Origin: Chlamydiota bacterium
GTDB lineage: Bacteria > Chlamydiota > Chlamydiia > Chlamydiales > SM23-39
Length of the DNA: 64,000 nt
Reading direction: 5' to 3'
NCBI GenBank assembly: GCA_038534095.1
Contig: JBCAXK010000004.1
Location: 8,397 to 72,396, forward strand
This document shows positions 30,581-40,175 of this stretch, one piece after another (the first letter of the stretch is position 1; each line of letters begins with the position of its first letter). Below the pieces are notes generated by a model, which was not told the DNA's origin, did not search any database, and saw only the letters and a program-made list of their open reading frames with translations. A program made the translations under genes and the position numbers.

Positions 30581-31651
30581 TTAGCCTTTTAGAAGATGCT
30601 CATCCAAAAACATTAAAAATTTGACAATATCTATTGAGATTTTTGCGTCCCAAGCATCTTCTTTTACATAATCTGGGTAGTACCCAAAATAATGACAACC
30701 CAATTTCCTTGCAAAATCCTGATAAAGGCTTCTCGGTTCGTCCATTGAGCCGTGATCTATTTCCACTACCACGGTTCCTGGATGGGAAAAAATGAGATTG
30801 GCAAATCCCGATCCATGAGGGCCAACAATGATCTTTGCAAAAGAAAAAAGCGCTGCTTGCTCTTGCGGATCAAGATCTTCGAGACAAATGCTTACAAAGC
30901 CTTTCTTTTCTAACGCTTTTAATAGAGTTTCTTCTTGCACAATACGCCTTGAGCAGGCCTTTCTTCGAGAGATGTAGAGGCGCTCTGGGAAAGTGCTCTC
31001 CCACTTTTTCGGCAAAAATGCATCACGAATACAGGCTTTTAGCCAACTTGGGAAAGCAGGTGATTTACTGGGGATAAAGGGAACTGAGGGTACAATCAGC
31101 AGATCGGCTTTGATGATCGTATCCCCATTTACGAATAGAAAATCCCTCTCTGACAAGCCAAAATGTTCCATGAATATCTTGAGGGAGTTTTTCTGCCATG
31201 GGTGATCTAGATTGGCTAGATAGATCCGGTCATATTCTATTCCCGATTGAGCGAGGATCTTGAGCCTTGGGAGCACTTGGAAAAGCCAGTGGTACCAATT
31301 TTCCTGTCCTGAAGAAGAGATAACGGCCAACTTTCCTGGGAAAAACACCCAATCTTCGTTGGCTATATTGCGCTTTGGATTCAAAAGATTGTGCCGATGT
31401 GTAAGGTAGACTTCTGTATTTTGAAACACCTCTCCCCTGCTTGTCACAATTTTCCCTTCATTGACAACGACGCCATTTTTTAGAAAAAGGAGGAACTGTC
31501 TAGAGTCGGGCTCTTCTAAGAGGTACTCCACAAAGTCCCCCTTTTCCTCACACTCTTTTAACGAGATCAATCTGTCAGGGTGTTGCAGAGAAAAGCCCAT
31601 AAAAGGTGGAAAGAGGCAAACAATAAAAAAGTATGCTGTGACTAAGCGCAA
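30581..31651 (-). CDS. Glycosyltransferase family 61 (DUF563)
   Basis: NWYHWLFQVLPRL, RLYISR...RRIV.E, EQAALF..AKIIVGPHGSGFANLIF..PGT.VVEI. Confidence 0.87.
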   Translation of the reverse strand: MRLVTAYFFIVCLFPPFMGFSLQHPDRLISLKECEEKGDFVEYLLEEPDSRQFLLFLKNGVVVNEGKIVTSRGEVFQNTEVYLTHRHNLLNPKRNIANEDWVFFPGKLAVISSSGQENWYHWLFQVLPRLKILAQSGIEYDRIYLANLDHPWQKNSLKIFMEHFGLSERDFLFVNGDTIIKADLLIVPSVPFIPSKSPAFPSWLKACIRDAFLPKKWESTFPERLYISRRKACSRRIVQEETLLKALEKKGFVSICLEDLDPQEQAALFSFAKIIVGPHGSGFANLIFSHPGTVVVEIDHGSMDEPRSLYQDFARKLGCHYFGYYPDYVKEDAWDAKISIDIVKFLMFLDEHLLKG

Positions 31652-31698
31652 AGCAGGCCCCTTGTTTTTGTGAAAAATTAGGTAACCACTATTCAGTT

Positions 31699-32241
31699 TT
31701 ACGCATATCTTTTAAAGAAAAAGAGAAAAATAATGAAGAAAATCGCAGCAAGTACGTTCGTAGAGTTGGGAGTTTTGTGCTCGATTTCGCTTTTTTCCTC
31801 TTGATCCCAAGCCGTTGTTCCTGTTTGCAAATATCTGGAATAGGCAACCGACATGGAAAAGAAATAGATCCAAACAATCCCTAACCCCATTCCCCGAAAA
31901 TAAACCTTGAGCGATCGCCGAAAACTCGTTTTTAAAGAAAGAGGTTGGTCATATTGCCCCACCTTCATACGAAGGAGCATTTTTCCAGGGCTTGCTCTAC
32001 CAAACCGTAAAAATAGGGACTCAATGGGGACAAAAAGCAGGTACTCTATCGGAAAATAGTAGAAAAAATAGAGAGGGAAAGAGGTGAAGTATTTTCTAGC
32101 GATATAGACCGCTAAGTACACAAGGGAATAGTCAAACATGCGCGCTAGAAATCGGATCCAAACAGCCGATCTACGATCGATGAATGCCTCTTGGGTAGAT
32201 GAGTCTAAAATCTCTGAGGGATAAGCAATATCATCGACCAC
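31699..32241 (-). CDS. RDD family membrane protein
   Basis: WIRFLARMFD, SPGKMLLRMKV, TTAWD. Confidence 0.85.
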   Translation of the reverse strand: MVDDIAYPSEILDSSTQEAFIDRRSAVWIRFLARMFDYSLVYLAVYIARKYFTSFPLYFFYYFPIEYLLFVPIESLFLRFGRASPGKMLLRMKVGQYDQPLSLKTSFRRSLKVYFRGMGLGIVWIYFFSMSVAYSRYLQTGTTAWDQEEKSEIEHKTPNSTNVLAAIFFIIFLFFFKRYA

Positions 32242-33178
32242 TAATGGCTGCCTTCTCTATGCGGTTCATGAGATCCTCCTCTTGAAGAAGGGTCTTATCT
32301 AGATAAATACCAATGGTTTTTTTCTTCAGTGTATCTGCTTTACGGAAAAGAGCGTATAAATTTTTCTTAAAAAAGGGGCAGGATCTGGGGAAAAGAGCAC
32401 GTTTGTAGGATAAAAGCAGAGTCTCTTCCGGATCAAAAGTATCTAACTCCTTAAGATTCTCAAAAAGGACCACTTGGGCATTTGGCGCGTAATGGGGGTA
32501 GGCGACTCCTGGAGACCGGCCTTTGTCAGAAAGGGCGATCTTCACATCGAGTGATAGAGCTTTACCAAGCGCCTCTTTTGTGATCACTCCTGGGCGCAAA
32601 ATGCGGGGAGAATCGGTGAGGTCAAGGACGGTTGATTCCAAACCAATCGAGCAAGAGCCCCCATCCACAATGCAAGCAATGTTTCCACCAAGATCGTGAA
32701 GAACATCTGCCGCGCAAGTGGGACTTGGCTTTCCTGATAAATTGGCTGATGGAGCAATTAAGGGTTTTTTCAAAGTGCGTAAAATTTCGAGAGCTAGCGG
32801 ATGATCTGGGGCGCGAAGCGCTACTGTTGTTTTTCCTCCTAGATGGCGCTGTATGCGCGGGTGGGCAGGTAAAATCAAGGTCAAAGGTCCTGGGAAAAAT
32901 GAGCCAAGTTTTTCTAAAAATGCTTTGTGGTTAGGATCAAGCTGGGTTAACGGCTCGATAGTACTCATCGCAAACGAAGCAACATGGACAATGCAAGGAT
33001 TGTCTAAGGGGCGGTTTTTCACCTGGTAGACCGCTTTTTTTGCCTCTTCATGCCCAAACAAAGCTCCCAGTCCATACACCGTTTCTGTCGGGAAAGCAAC
33101 CAGCTGCCCTTCCTGAAGGAAGTGTTTGACTTGCTGCAGAAGCGGTTTGGTCAAATAAGTGTAGATTTCTGTTTTCAT
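32231..33178 (-). CDS. sua5: Threonylcarbamoyl-AMP synthase (Sua5/TsaC)
   Basis: VAFPTETVYGLGA, KNRP.DNP.IVHV, PGPLTLIL, APSANLSG, GLESTVLD, SPG....HYAP. Confidence 0.93.
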   Translation of the reverse strand: MKTEIYTYLTKPLLQQVKHFLQEGQLVAFPTETVYGLGALFGHEEAKKAVYQVKNRPLDNPCIVHVASFAMSTIEPLTQLDPNHKAFLEKLGSFFPGPLTLILPAHPRIQRHLGGKTTVALRAPDHPLALEILRTLKKPLIAPSANLSGKPSPTCAADVLHDLGGNIACIVDGGSCSIGLESTVLDLTDSPRILRPGVITKEALGKALSLDVKIALSDKGRSPGVAYPHYAPNAQVVLFENLKELDTFDPEETLLLSYKRALFPRSCPFFKKNLYALFRKADTLKKKTIGIYLDKTLLQEEDLMNRIEKAAISGR

Positions 33179-33255
33179 CTATTCTAGGATACTTTGCTGG
33201 ATTTTTGTTGTCCAAAACTCAAAATTTTCTTAAGGATTCTTAGGTAGATTGTTTG

Positions 33256-34011
33256 ATGAAATCGATAGAAATTGTACCCCTTTTGCAAGATAACTACAGT
33301 TATCTGATCCGTTACGGAAAAAAAGCTTTTGTGGTCGATCCATCAGAAAGCGGTCTAATCGCGCAGAAATTGCAAAAAAAATCCTCTACGCTATCCCATA
33401 TCCTTGTGACGCATAGTCACGCAGATCATGTAGGGGGCGTCGCCGAGCTCGCTAAGAGGTATGGAGCGTCTGTTATCGGCCCAAAGGACCCAAAAATTCC
33501 CTGCTTGGACCATCCTTTGGATGACGGGGAGCGTGTCATTATCGGGCCTTATTTCGTAAGAGCCCTTTCCACTCCTGGGCACAGCTCTGCCCACCTCGCC
33601 TTTTTGCTCGAAGAGGAGCGCATCCTTTTTACGGGAGACTTGCTCTTTGGATGTGGGGCCGGGAAGCTAGAAGAGGACTCGCAAGATTGCGCCCATACCA
33701 TGTGGTCTTCGTTAGAAAAAATCTTAGCATTCGAAGAGGATACGCAGATTTATCCGGGACACGAATATACAAAACAAAATCTTAGCTTTGCTGCCCATCT
33801 CGAAAAAGAGAATCCTTGGCTAAACGAGCGAGCCCTCTCCTTGGAGAAAAAATCAGCAAAGCTCGTGCCCACTACGCTCGGTCTAGAAAAAAAAACCAAC
33901 CCTTTTTTGCGCGCAAACAGGATAGAAATGCAGCGGTTGGTTGCGCAAGAAACGGCAACTCCTGGAGACGCTCTTTGGGAAATACGGAAACGGAAAAACC
34001 GATTTTCTTGA
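33256..34011 (+). CDS. gloB: Hydroxyacylglutathione hydrolase (glyoxalase II)
   Basis: DNYSYLI, THSHADHVGG, TPGH, FTGDLLF.CGAG, GHEYT..NL.FA, EKKTNPFLR. Confidence 0.9.
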   Translation: MKSIEIVPLLQDNYSYLIRYGKKAFVVDPSESGLIAQKLQKKSSTLSHILVTHSHADHVGGVAELAKRYGASVIGPKDPKIPCLDHPLDDGERVIIGPYFVRALSTPGHSSAHLAFLLEEERILFTGDLLFGCGAGKLEEDSQDCAHTMWSSLEKILAFEEDTQIYPGHEYTKQNLSFAAHLEKENPWLNERALSLEKKSAKLVPTTLGLEKKTNPFLRANRIEMQRLVAQETATPGDALWEIRKRKNRFS

Positions 34012-34087
34012 AGGAAATTTTTTAGGCGCTTGCTAGAGATTGTGATTTGTGCGATCTTCTAATCAAGTTCGCTTGGAGGAAAAAACT

Positions 34088-34423
34088 ATGCCTATACAGA
34101 AATCTTTTGCCGTTCTGCTGTTTTTTTACGCCGCCCTTGTCTGCCTACTTGGGATCATGGGTTATCGGGCAGCTGGTAGCACAGCTTCTCTCTATTCGGG
34201 ACTGTTTTTCGGGATGGTCAGTTTGGTAGGGTCTGCCCTTATGTTGATTGAGCGCCCATTAGGCTGTTACCTAGGACTTTGTTCCTCGCTGATTCTGGGA
34301 ATTTTTTTCTCGTTGCGGTTTCAAAAAACTCTCCAATTCATGCCTGCAAGCATAGCTCTTTTGAGTCTGATGGTTTTTTGCATGATGTCTTACGAGACCT
34401 ACCAAATTAACCGACGGAGTTGA
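34088..34423 (+). CDS. TMEM14/FAX-family small membrane protein
   Basis: YAALV.LLGIMGY..AGS.ASL.SGL.FG ... RF.KT..FMPA; RBS GGAGG before ATG 34088. Confidence 0.8.
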   Translation: MPIQKSFAVLLFFYAALVCLLGIMGYRAAGSTASLYSGLFFGMVSLVGSALMLIERPLGCYLGLCSSLILGIFFSLRFQKTLQFMPASIALLSLMVFCMMSYETYQINRRS

Positions 34424-35072
34424 ACCGTTTTTCGATCAAAGGCCAGTCAATTTCTCGAAAAAAGGCTTCGATATACCGCCTGCGATTAAGATGAAATATG
34501 GTGATGTAAGCATGCTCCCACACGTCCATGACAAGTAGAGGGGCCAGTCCAACAAGATTTCCTAGGTTGTGCTCCTCAATCCAGATATTCAAAAGAGCGC
34601 CTGTTTGCTCATCGAGACAAAGAACGACCCAGCCAATACCTCGCATCATCCCTGTCTGCACAAAATCGTGTTTCCAAGCCTCATAGCTCCCAAATTGCTC
34701 GATCAAAGCATCGATGAAATGGGAATGGCTTGCAGGGACTCCTTGCCCGCCGAGCTCCGAAAAGTAGTATTCGTGCAAACGGAGACCACTCATCTCAAAA
34801 TTTAGCCGCCTTTTCAACGCTCCATAGGCGTATGTTTTCTCACTTCCTTCCTTCCGCATTTCTGCGAGCTGTTCCAGTAGCTTACGAGCGTTTTTTACGT
34901 AGCCTTCATAAAGCTTGATGTGGAGTTCTAAAAGCTCTTTAGGAAATTTAGAGGTGCTAAAAAGAAACGAAAAATCTTGGGCTTCATATAACTCGAACGG
35001 AGCCCCCTGCCCTTCTTCGTCAGCGCAAATGGTCCCTGCTAGAAAAAAAACTGCGAAAAAATACCGCTTCAT
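34407..35072 (-). CDS. Fe/Mn superoxide dismutase with signal peptide
   Basis: H.KLYEGYV, LHEYYF, GIGW, DVWEHAY metal ligands; MKRYFFAVFFLAGTICA signal; ATG 35072 preferred. Confidence 0.87.
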   Translation of the reverse strand: MKRYFFAVFFLAGTICADEEGQGAPFELYEAQDFSFLFSTSKFPKELLELHIKLYEGYVKNARKLLEQLAEMRKEGSEKTYAYGALKRRLNFEMSGLRLHEYYFSELGGQGVPASHSHFIDALIEQFGSYEAWKHDFVQTGMMRGIGWVVLCLDEQTGALLNIWIEEHNLGNLVGLAPLLVMDVWEHAYITIFHLNRRRYIEAFFREIDWPLIEKRFNSVG

Positions 35073-35356
35073 AATCATTTCCCCTATCCTTCTAGCAAAT
35101 AGCCAATCAGGTATTTGTTTTCTAGTCTTTGATCCAAAAGAAGACGGTTTCTCCATTCTAAAGAGGGCAAGCAAGGGCCCCTAGGAAATACAAATACGCG
35201 GTTTCATAGGGATTCTACCGAAAAAACGCCCATGTTTTAGGAAAGGTGCGATCAAGTCCGTTACGAAGAGATCTCTTTTAAAAAAAATCCTCTCTCAAAA
35301 AATAGTCTATTTTCCTATATTGGTGATTTTACCAAGAATATCTCAAAATAGAGCGC

Positions 35357-35935
35357 GTGATGAAAGCAAGAACACCCGATTATCCCATTGATCCCATGAT
35401 TTTATCCCGAAGATCTTCTCGGGCCATGTCTGGAGAACCGATGACAAAAGAAGAGCTCATGCCCCTCTTTGAGGCAGCTCGGTGGGCGCCGTCGAGCTAC
35501 AATCATCAGCCCTGGCGATTTATTTACGCATGTAAAGGCTCCCCCGATTGGGAACGTTTTTTTTCTCTCCTCTTTGAAAATAACCAGCTATGGGCCAAAA
35601 ACGCGGCGGTTCTAGCCCTTCTTGTTTCTAGAAATCGGTTTGAAAAAAACGATGGACCTGCCCGGCTGCACAGCTTTGACGCAGGATCTGCTTTTGAGAA
35701 TCTCGCTCTCCAAGGGACAAAAAATGGATTTGTCGTTCATCCAATGGAAGGGTTTGACGCAAAAAAAGCACAAAGCGATTTACAGGTTCCTGAGCACTAT
35801 TCGGTACAAATTATGCTGGCCATAGGGAAACCGGGTAAGGTAGAAGACCTCTCCGACTCGCTTAGGGAGCGTGAGGGCTTTACAGATCGAAAACCGATCT
35901 CCTCTTTGGTGATGGAAGGGACTTTTTTGGAATAA
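35357..35935 (+). CDS. Nitroreductase family protein
   Basis: RRSSRAM, FEAARWAPSSYNHQPWRF, FDAGSA. Confidence 0.9.
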   Translation: MMKARTPDYPIDPMILSRRSSRAMSGEPMTKEELMPLFEAARWAPSSYNHQPWRFIYACKGSPDWERFFSLLFENNQLWAKNAAVLALLVSRNRFEKNDGPARLHSFDAGSAFENLALQGTKNGFVVHPMEGFDAKKAQSDLQVPEHYSVQIMLAIGKPGKVEDLSDSLREREGFTDRKPISSLVMEGTFLE

Positions 35936-35968
35936 AAAAAGTCGAGTAAAACGATCTTTACCCGACTT
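35934..35968 (-). terminator. Intrinsic terminator of the histone-like gene (possibly bidirectional)
   Basis: Minus strand AAGTCGGGTAAA-GATCGT-TTTACTCGACTT then a T-run. Confidence 0.7.
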
Positions 35969-35979
35969 GACTAGATGGC

Positions 35980-36432
35980 TTAAGCAGTTAGCAGAGCTAA
36001 AGGACTGGTCAGTTTCTTCTTGCTCTTTCTTTTCGCTGTAGGCTTTTTTTTCGCTACTTTTCTGCGAACTACCTTTTTCTTTGTCGCTCCAGCTCTCTTA
36101 GTGGCTGTTTTTTTGGCCGTTTTTCTTTTTGTTGCGACCTTTTTCTTCGCTTTTCGCTTAGTTGCCGTTTTTCTTGCCACTTTTTTTGCTGGCTTCTTCT
36201 TGGCAACTTTTTTGCGTGTGGCTTTTTTCGCTGGCTTCTTCCTAGCTACTTTCCTTTTAACCGGTTTTTTTCTAGCGGTTTTTTTAGCCGCTTTACGAGC
36301 TGTTTTACGCACGACTTTCTTACGAACCGTTTTTTTAGCGCTTGTAGCTTTTTTTCGAGAAGCGACCTTCTTACGGACGACTTTTCTCTTAACAGGCTTT
36401 CTAGTAGCAGCCTTTTTTCTTCGCTTTAACAT
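35980..36432 (-). CDS. hctB: Histone H1-like DNA-binding protein (Hc2/HctB type)
   Basis: Almost entirely K/R/A/V/T/P in repeats such as VARKK, TARKA and PAKKA; GGAGGAG RBS 6 nt before ATG 36432. Confidence 0.75.
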   Translation of the reverse strand: MLKRRKKAATRKPVKRKVVRKKVASRKKATSAKKTVRKKVVRKTARKAAKKTARKKPVKRKVARKKPAKKATRKKVAKKKPAKKVARKTATKRKAKKKVATKRKTAKKTATKRAGATKKKVVRRKVAKKKPTAKRKSKKKLTSPLALLTA

Positions 36433-37001
36433 GAACAACTCCTCCCTTTTGTTCTAAATCTTTTCTTCTGACAAGCAGAATGTTTAGTATTTTTAAAGCA
36501 TTACCTTACATTTGTTAATATAAAATATTTCAAATAAAAAAATCAAATTTACCTAAGTTTTTTTTTGATTTTAAAATTGCAAAATATTCAAAAATCCCCT
36601 TTAAATAGGCTCCTGAGCTATTTTTTCTCAGAAAAATTTTCTTCTAAGCATTCGCGATTTTTTGCGGCGATTATTGGCAAAAAACGCGCCCCATATTGTT
36701 TTCTTCAGCGCACTTGAGATGGGAAAATTTCCGATTTCGAAAGCGCAGATCATAGCCAATCCCGATTTGGATCGTCGCTTGGCTTCTACCCATCATCAAA
36801 AACGGGCAAAATAAGATTGGTTGGACGCACCGAAATCGGGCCCGTTAGCCAGACCTGCCCCCTTTGCCTGCTAAGAAAAAAGGCGTTTGAATAGGTTGGG
36901 AGCAGATTGGGAAAAAATTGCACTACTAGCTTCTAAGTGAAGGTCTATTCATCGATTCTTATCCAATCCCTGACTTGGAGCTCCGATCAGCGATCAGTAT
37001 T

Positions 37002-37400
37002 TATACCATTCCTATAAACAGTAAGATCATCAATTTCATTTCTGCAATCGCCTAGACTCTGTTTTTAAAAAATAGGAGCTATCGTAGGCGAGGCAGGAAA
37101 GCAGTTCCTTTAGAAGGTAGGTATCTACATGATTTTGATCAGCTAGCTAGAAAAGAAGGCACTTCTCGTTAGCGGAGGCGATTTTTAGCCTACTTGCGCA
37201 TCTTCAAGAAGGAAAAAACTTTACCGAAGCTGCAAAAGCAATGCGTGGTTCGTTTGAGATCTCTCATGACATGGGTTGAAAGATTTTGAAAAGAAGGCTT
37301 AGAGGGGCAAGCCTAGTAGAGGTGTGAGGACAAATTTCCCTACAAGCGGCCCAGAAGAGATCTGGAAGAAGGAGGTTCTAGGAGGTTTCACGATCAAGGA
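37002..37400 (+). mobile_element. Decayed IS630-family transposase N-terminal (HTH) remnant
   Basis: Frames joined across stops and shifts read GRKAVPLEGRYLHDFDQLARKEGTSR*RRRFLA/LAHLQEGKNFTEAAKAMR/VRLRSLMTWVERF*KEGLEG/KPSRG; TATACCA at 37002 may be the left end; boundaries approximate. Confidence 0.65.
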
Positions 37401-37494
37401 ATCAATAGTCACAAGGCACCTTGCCTATCTTTTTTGTAGAGCTTGCCTTTGATACTTCCTTTATGGTGTAATTCTTCTTAAAAAGAGGTGATGT

Positions 37495-37749
37495 ATGCAA
37501 CTTGTCTTGTACTATAGAAAGCGCTGCCCGTTTTGTAGAAAGGTTCTAAGCGCGTTAGAGGGGATGAATCTTCAAGTCCCGATGAAAGAGCTCTCAGAAG
37601 ATCCTGCCTATCCTGAAGAGCTACAAAGCATCGGAGGCAAGACCCAGGTTCCCTGCCTAGTGCAAATAGACGCAGAAGGGAAAAAAAGCGCTCTTTACGA
37701 ATCAGATGATATCATTGATTGGTTCAAGGCGAAAAACACCCCGCTCTAA
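37495..37749 (+). CDS. Glutaredoxin / GST-N domain protein
   Basis: CPFC, GGKTQVPCL, LYESDDII. Confidence 0.88.
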   Translation: MQLVLYYRKRCPFCRKVLSALEGMNLQVPMKELSEDPAYPEELQSIGGKTQVPCLVQIDAEGKKSALYESDDIIDWFKAKNTPL

Positions 37750-37763
37750 CTCTTTCTAAAGAG

Positions 37764-37794
37764 AGACGCTCTCTAAAAGAGCGTCTTATCTTTT
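37764..37794 (+). terminator. Hairpin / terminator between convergent genes
   Basis: AGACGCTCT-CTAAA-AGAGCGTCT followed by TATCTTTT. Confidence 0.6.
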
Positions 37795-37863
37795 CGTCCA
37801 TTCGCGAAAAAAAGGGCCTTATCAAACTGCACAATTCTGGAAGCTGCTATCTTCAGCGAAGAG

Positions 37864-38673
37864 TTACAACGAGCGTTTTACGTCCTCTTTAGCCGCTGGA
37901 AATAGGCCGTGGTCTTCAAAGGAAAATACCTTATTTTTCGAAGCGCTGCTTTTCTCTTGCTGGGCAGGATGACCCGATCCTTGAAACACGCCATTTTTGG
38001 AAATGAGGATCTTCACCTTCCCAATTTCATCTACAAACAGCATGCTGGAAGGGCTTTTTCCATGCATTAAAATCCCCTCATTACCCATACCTCCTGCAAT
38101 CAGAAGATGGGGCACCTGTTGGATCATACCCATAGCAGCCATTGGCTCATTATTCGGAGAAAAAAAGGAAACGCTCGGATTGCTCCCACCACGCAAAATA
38201 GACGCTGCAAAACCCTCTCCTGTAGCAAGACCGATCCCTGTTCCTCCTCCTTGCAACATGGTCCATGTACCTATGACTTTATTTTGCCGGTTCTTGATGA
38301 ACATCCCAGCTCCAGGTCCTCCGGTCAAAGAGAGCTGGTCTGCCGTCGTGCGATCTCCTAACTTCAGCTGCGCATGGTCATTTTTTGCCACAACCTGGAA
38401 AACAGAATCTCCTTCCGTTTGGATGGTGATTTCTGGGGTCTCTCCTCCCAAGATTTGTACGCTTGTTGCTCCAGATTCGCTCCTCATCGTCAAGGAGGGC
38501 TGGTCGTTTTCGCAGCTGATCTCTATCGAACAAGAGCCTGTTTCATTTTGCAAGAACAACGTTTTTGCGTGTAAAACGTCGTCTTGACTTCCTTGTGAAA
38601 AACTGGCAGTCAAAAACCAGCAAAATAGTACCAGATTGCTAGCTGCGCAGATATTCATGATTGTTTGTCGCAT
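37864..38673 (-). CDS. Hypothetical Gly-rich beta-strand protein with N-terminal membrane anchor or signal
   Basis: 269-aa ORF, hydrophobic residues ~8-24, repeated short beta-like segments. Confidence 0.65.
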   Translation of the reverse strand: MRQTIMNICAASNLVLFCWFLTASFSQGSQDDVLHAKTLFLQNETGSCSIEISCENDQPSLTMRSESGATSVQILGGETPEITIQTEGDSVFQVVAKNDHAQLKLGDRTTADQLSLTGGPGAGMFIKNRQNKVIGTWTMLQGGGTGIGLATGEGFAASILRGGSNPSVSFFSPNNEPMAAMGMIQQVPHLLIAGGMGNEGILMHGKSPSSMLFVDEIGKVKILISKNGVFQGSGHPAQQEKSSASKNKVFSFEDHGLFPAAKEDVKRSL

Positions 38674-38792
38674 CCCGTCCCCTTTTGTGCATCATACCTA
38701 TCCACTTCGTTGTGTCTGATTTTCCGCTTCTTGTCAACAATAGGATTTTTTTATAGAATTTTTTCTAATTATTATTTTTGCTCTCTCATTTT

Positions 38793-40175
38793 ATGGTTCA
38801 TCTCACCTCGCTTAGAAAAAATAAGATTCATCTTCAGGATTATCCTTACAAAGAGGATATTCAAAATAGGCTACTGCTCTCTCACCTTACGGTTACCGAA
38901 GTAGAGCTCTTAGAAGAGATTCTCTTTAGTCGCTTAGAGATCCCGATTGCTAAGCTAAAAAAACAGTTCCCCGCGCTGTCTTACGAAGATTTGCTTGAAA
39001 ATCTCAATAAACTCACCCCTCTTGGTCTCTACACCTTAAGGGAAAACCGCGTATATGTGGATAAAGAGAAACGGAAGTATTATGAATCACAACTCGTGAA
39101 ATTTGATGAAGACTTTAAGCCAGATATGGACTGCCTATCCCACCTGCTCAAGAAAGTGCCTATTCACGTTTTACCCACCTGGTACTCAATTTCTAAAAGT
39201 TCGAACAATATTTTTGCATCCATTTTGGACAAATTCTTAACAACTCCCCAAATTTACCAGAGGTACTGCTCAGAACTTGGATATCCCGATCCAGTATTTC
39301 TCAATATCATTACCGATTTATTTCAGGCTAAGCACTTTGAGCTTTACGCCTCTGACCTAAAAAAGAAGTACAACCTGACCGATGAAGCCTTCCACGAGTA
39401 CGTACTCCATTTTGAATTCAACTTCATCTGCGTCCTTGGATATAAGAGAATCGGGGACGTTTGGGAGGAAATACTCACTCCCCTCTACGAATGGAAGCAA
39501 TTTTTATTGTATCAGCAAAAAGCGCGTCCCGTTCCCATCAACAATATTGCTCGGATTGATAGGCTCCGCTCTAGCCCGTTTGCTTTTGTAGAGGATATGA
39601 CAGTTCTCTTGAAAAAAGCTGCGGAAAAACCGATTCCAGCTACCCCCTCTTCTGTCCAAAAAGTGCTCGGATTACCCAATACTGAAGAAGCACAAGGCTA
39701 TACAAAAGAGCTCATGGAGAAACTAGAGGAGGTCCGCTTTACCTCATTAGATACGCATGTAGAACTGCGCCCTCTTGCAAAGGAGTTTCTACTACTTGAT
39801 AAGGAACAACAATCATTGTACCTATATCGCCATATCCACCATCAATCTAGTGAAGAGCAGCCCCGGCTGTTACACGAAAGGCACCAACGAGAAATTGAAA
39901 GGAGTCTCAAATCGTTTGCTGGGTCAGATTGGATCTATTTTGAAGATTTTGTCCAAAGTTCGATGATTGCTCTCAGAGATCAGCAAAAAATCTTCCTCAA
40001 ACAAAAAAGCCCCAAAAGTTGGAGCTACTGTTTTCCCGAATATTCTTCTGAAGATAAAAGCATTATTTTCAACTACATGCGTCTTTTGTTCCACTGCTCT
40101 ATGGTTGAAATAGGAAAAATGCATGGTCAAGACTGCTTTTCCTTAACCGAGTTTGGGCGCAAATTATTGATTTGA
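38793..40175 (+). CDS. Hypothetical protein (probably conserved in chlamydiae)
   Basis: About 460-aa globular-looking ORF; no catalytic motif recognised. Confidence 0.75.
   Translation: MVHLTSLRKNKIHLQDYPYKEDIQNRLLLSHLTVTEVELLEEILFSRLEIPIAKLKKQFPALSYEDLLENLNKLTPLGLYTLRENRVYVDKEKRKYYESQLVKFDEDFKPDMDCLSHLLKKVPIHVLPTWYSISKSSNNIFASILDKFLTTPQIYQRYCSELGYPDPVFLNIITDLFQAKHFELYASDLKKKYNLTDEAFHEYVLHFEFNFICVLGYKRIGDVWEEILTPLYEWKQFLLYQQKARPVPINNIARIDRLRSSPFAFVEDMTVLLKKAAEKPIPATPSSVQKVLGLPNTEEAQGYTKELMEKLEEVRFTSLDTHVELRPLAKEFLLLDKEQQSLYLYRHIHHQSSEEQPRLLHERHQREIERSLKSFAGSDWIYFEDFVQSSMIALRDQQKIFLKQKSPKSWSYCFPEYSSEDKSIIFNYMRLLFHCSMVEIGKMHGQDCFSLTEFGRKLLI

Noticed and set aside
36020..36457. 145-aa Phe/Leu/Ala-rich 'membrane protein' ORF on the + strand
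   Set aside because: It is the antisense shadow of the Lys/Arg-rich histone-like gene, which has the RBS and terminator
37997..38587. 196-aa ORF on the + strand
   Set aside because: It lies fully antisense to the longer 37864-38673 ORF, which has a plausible start and signal segment
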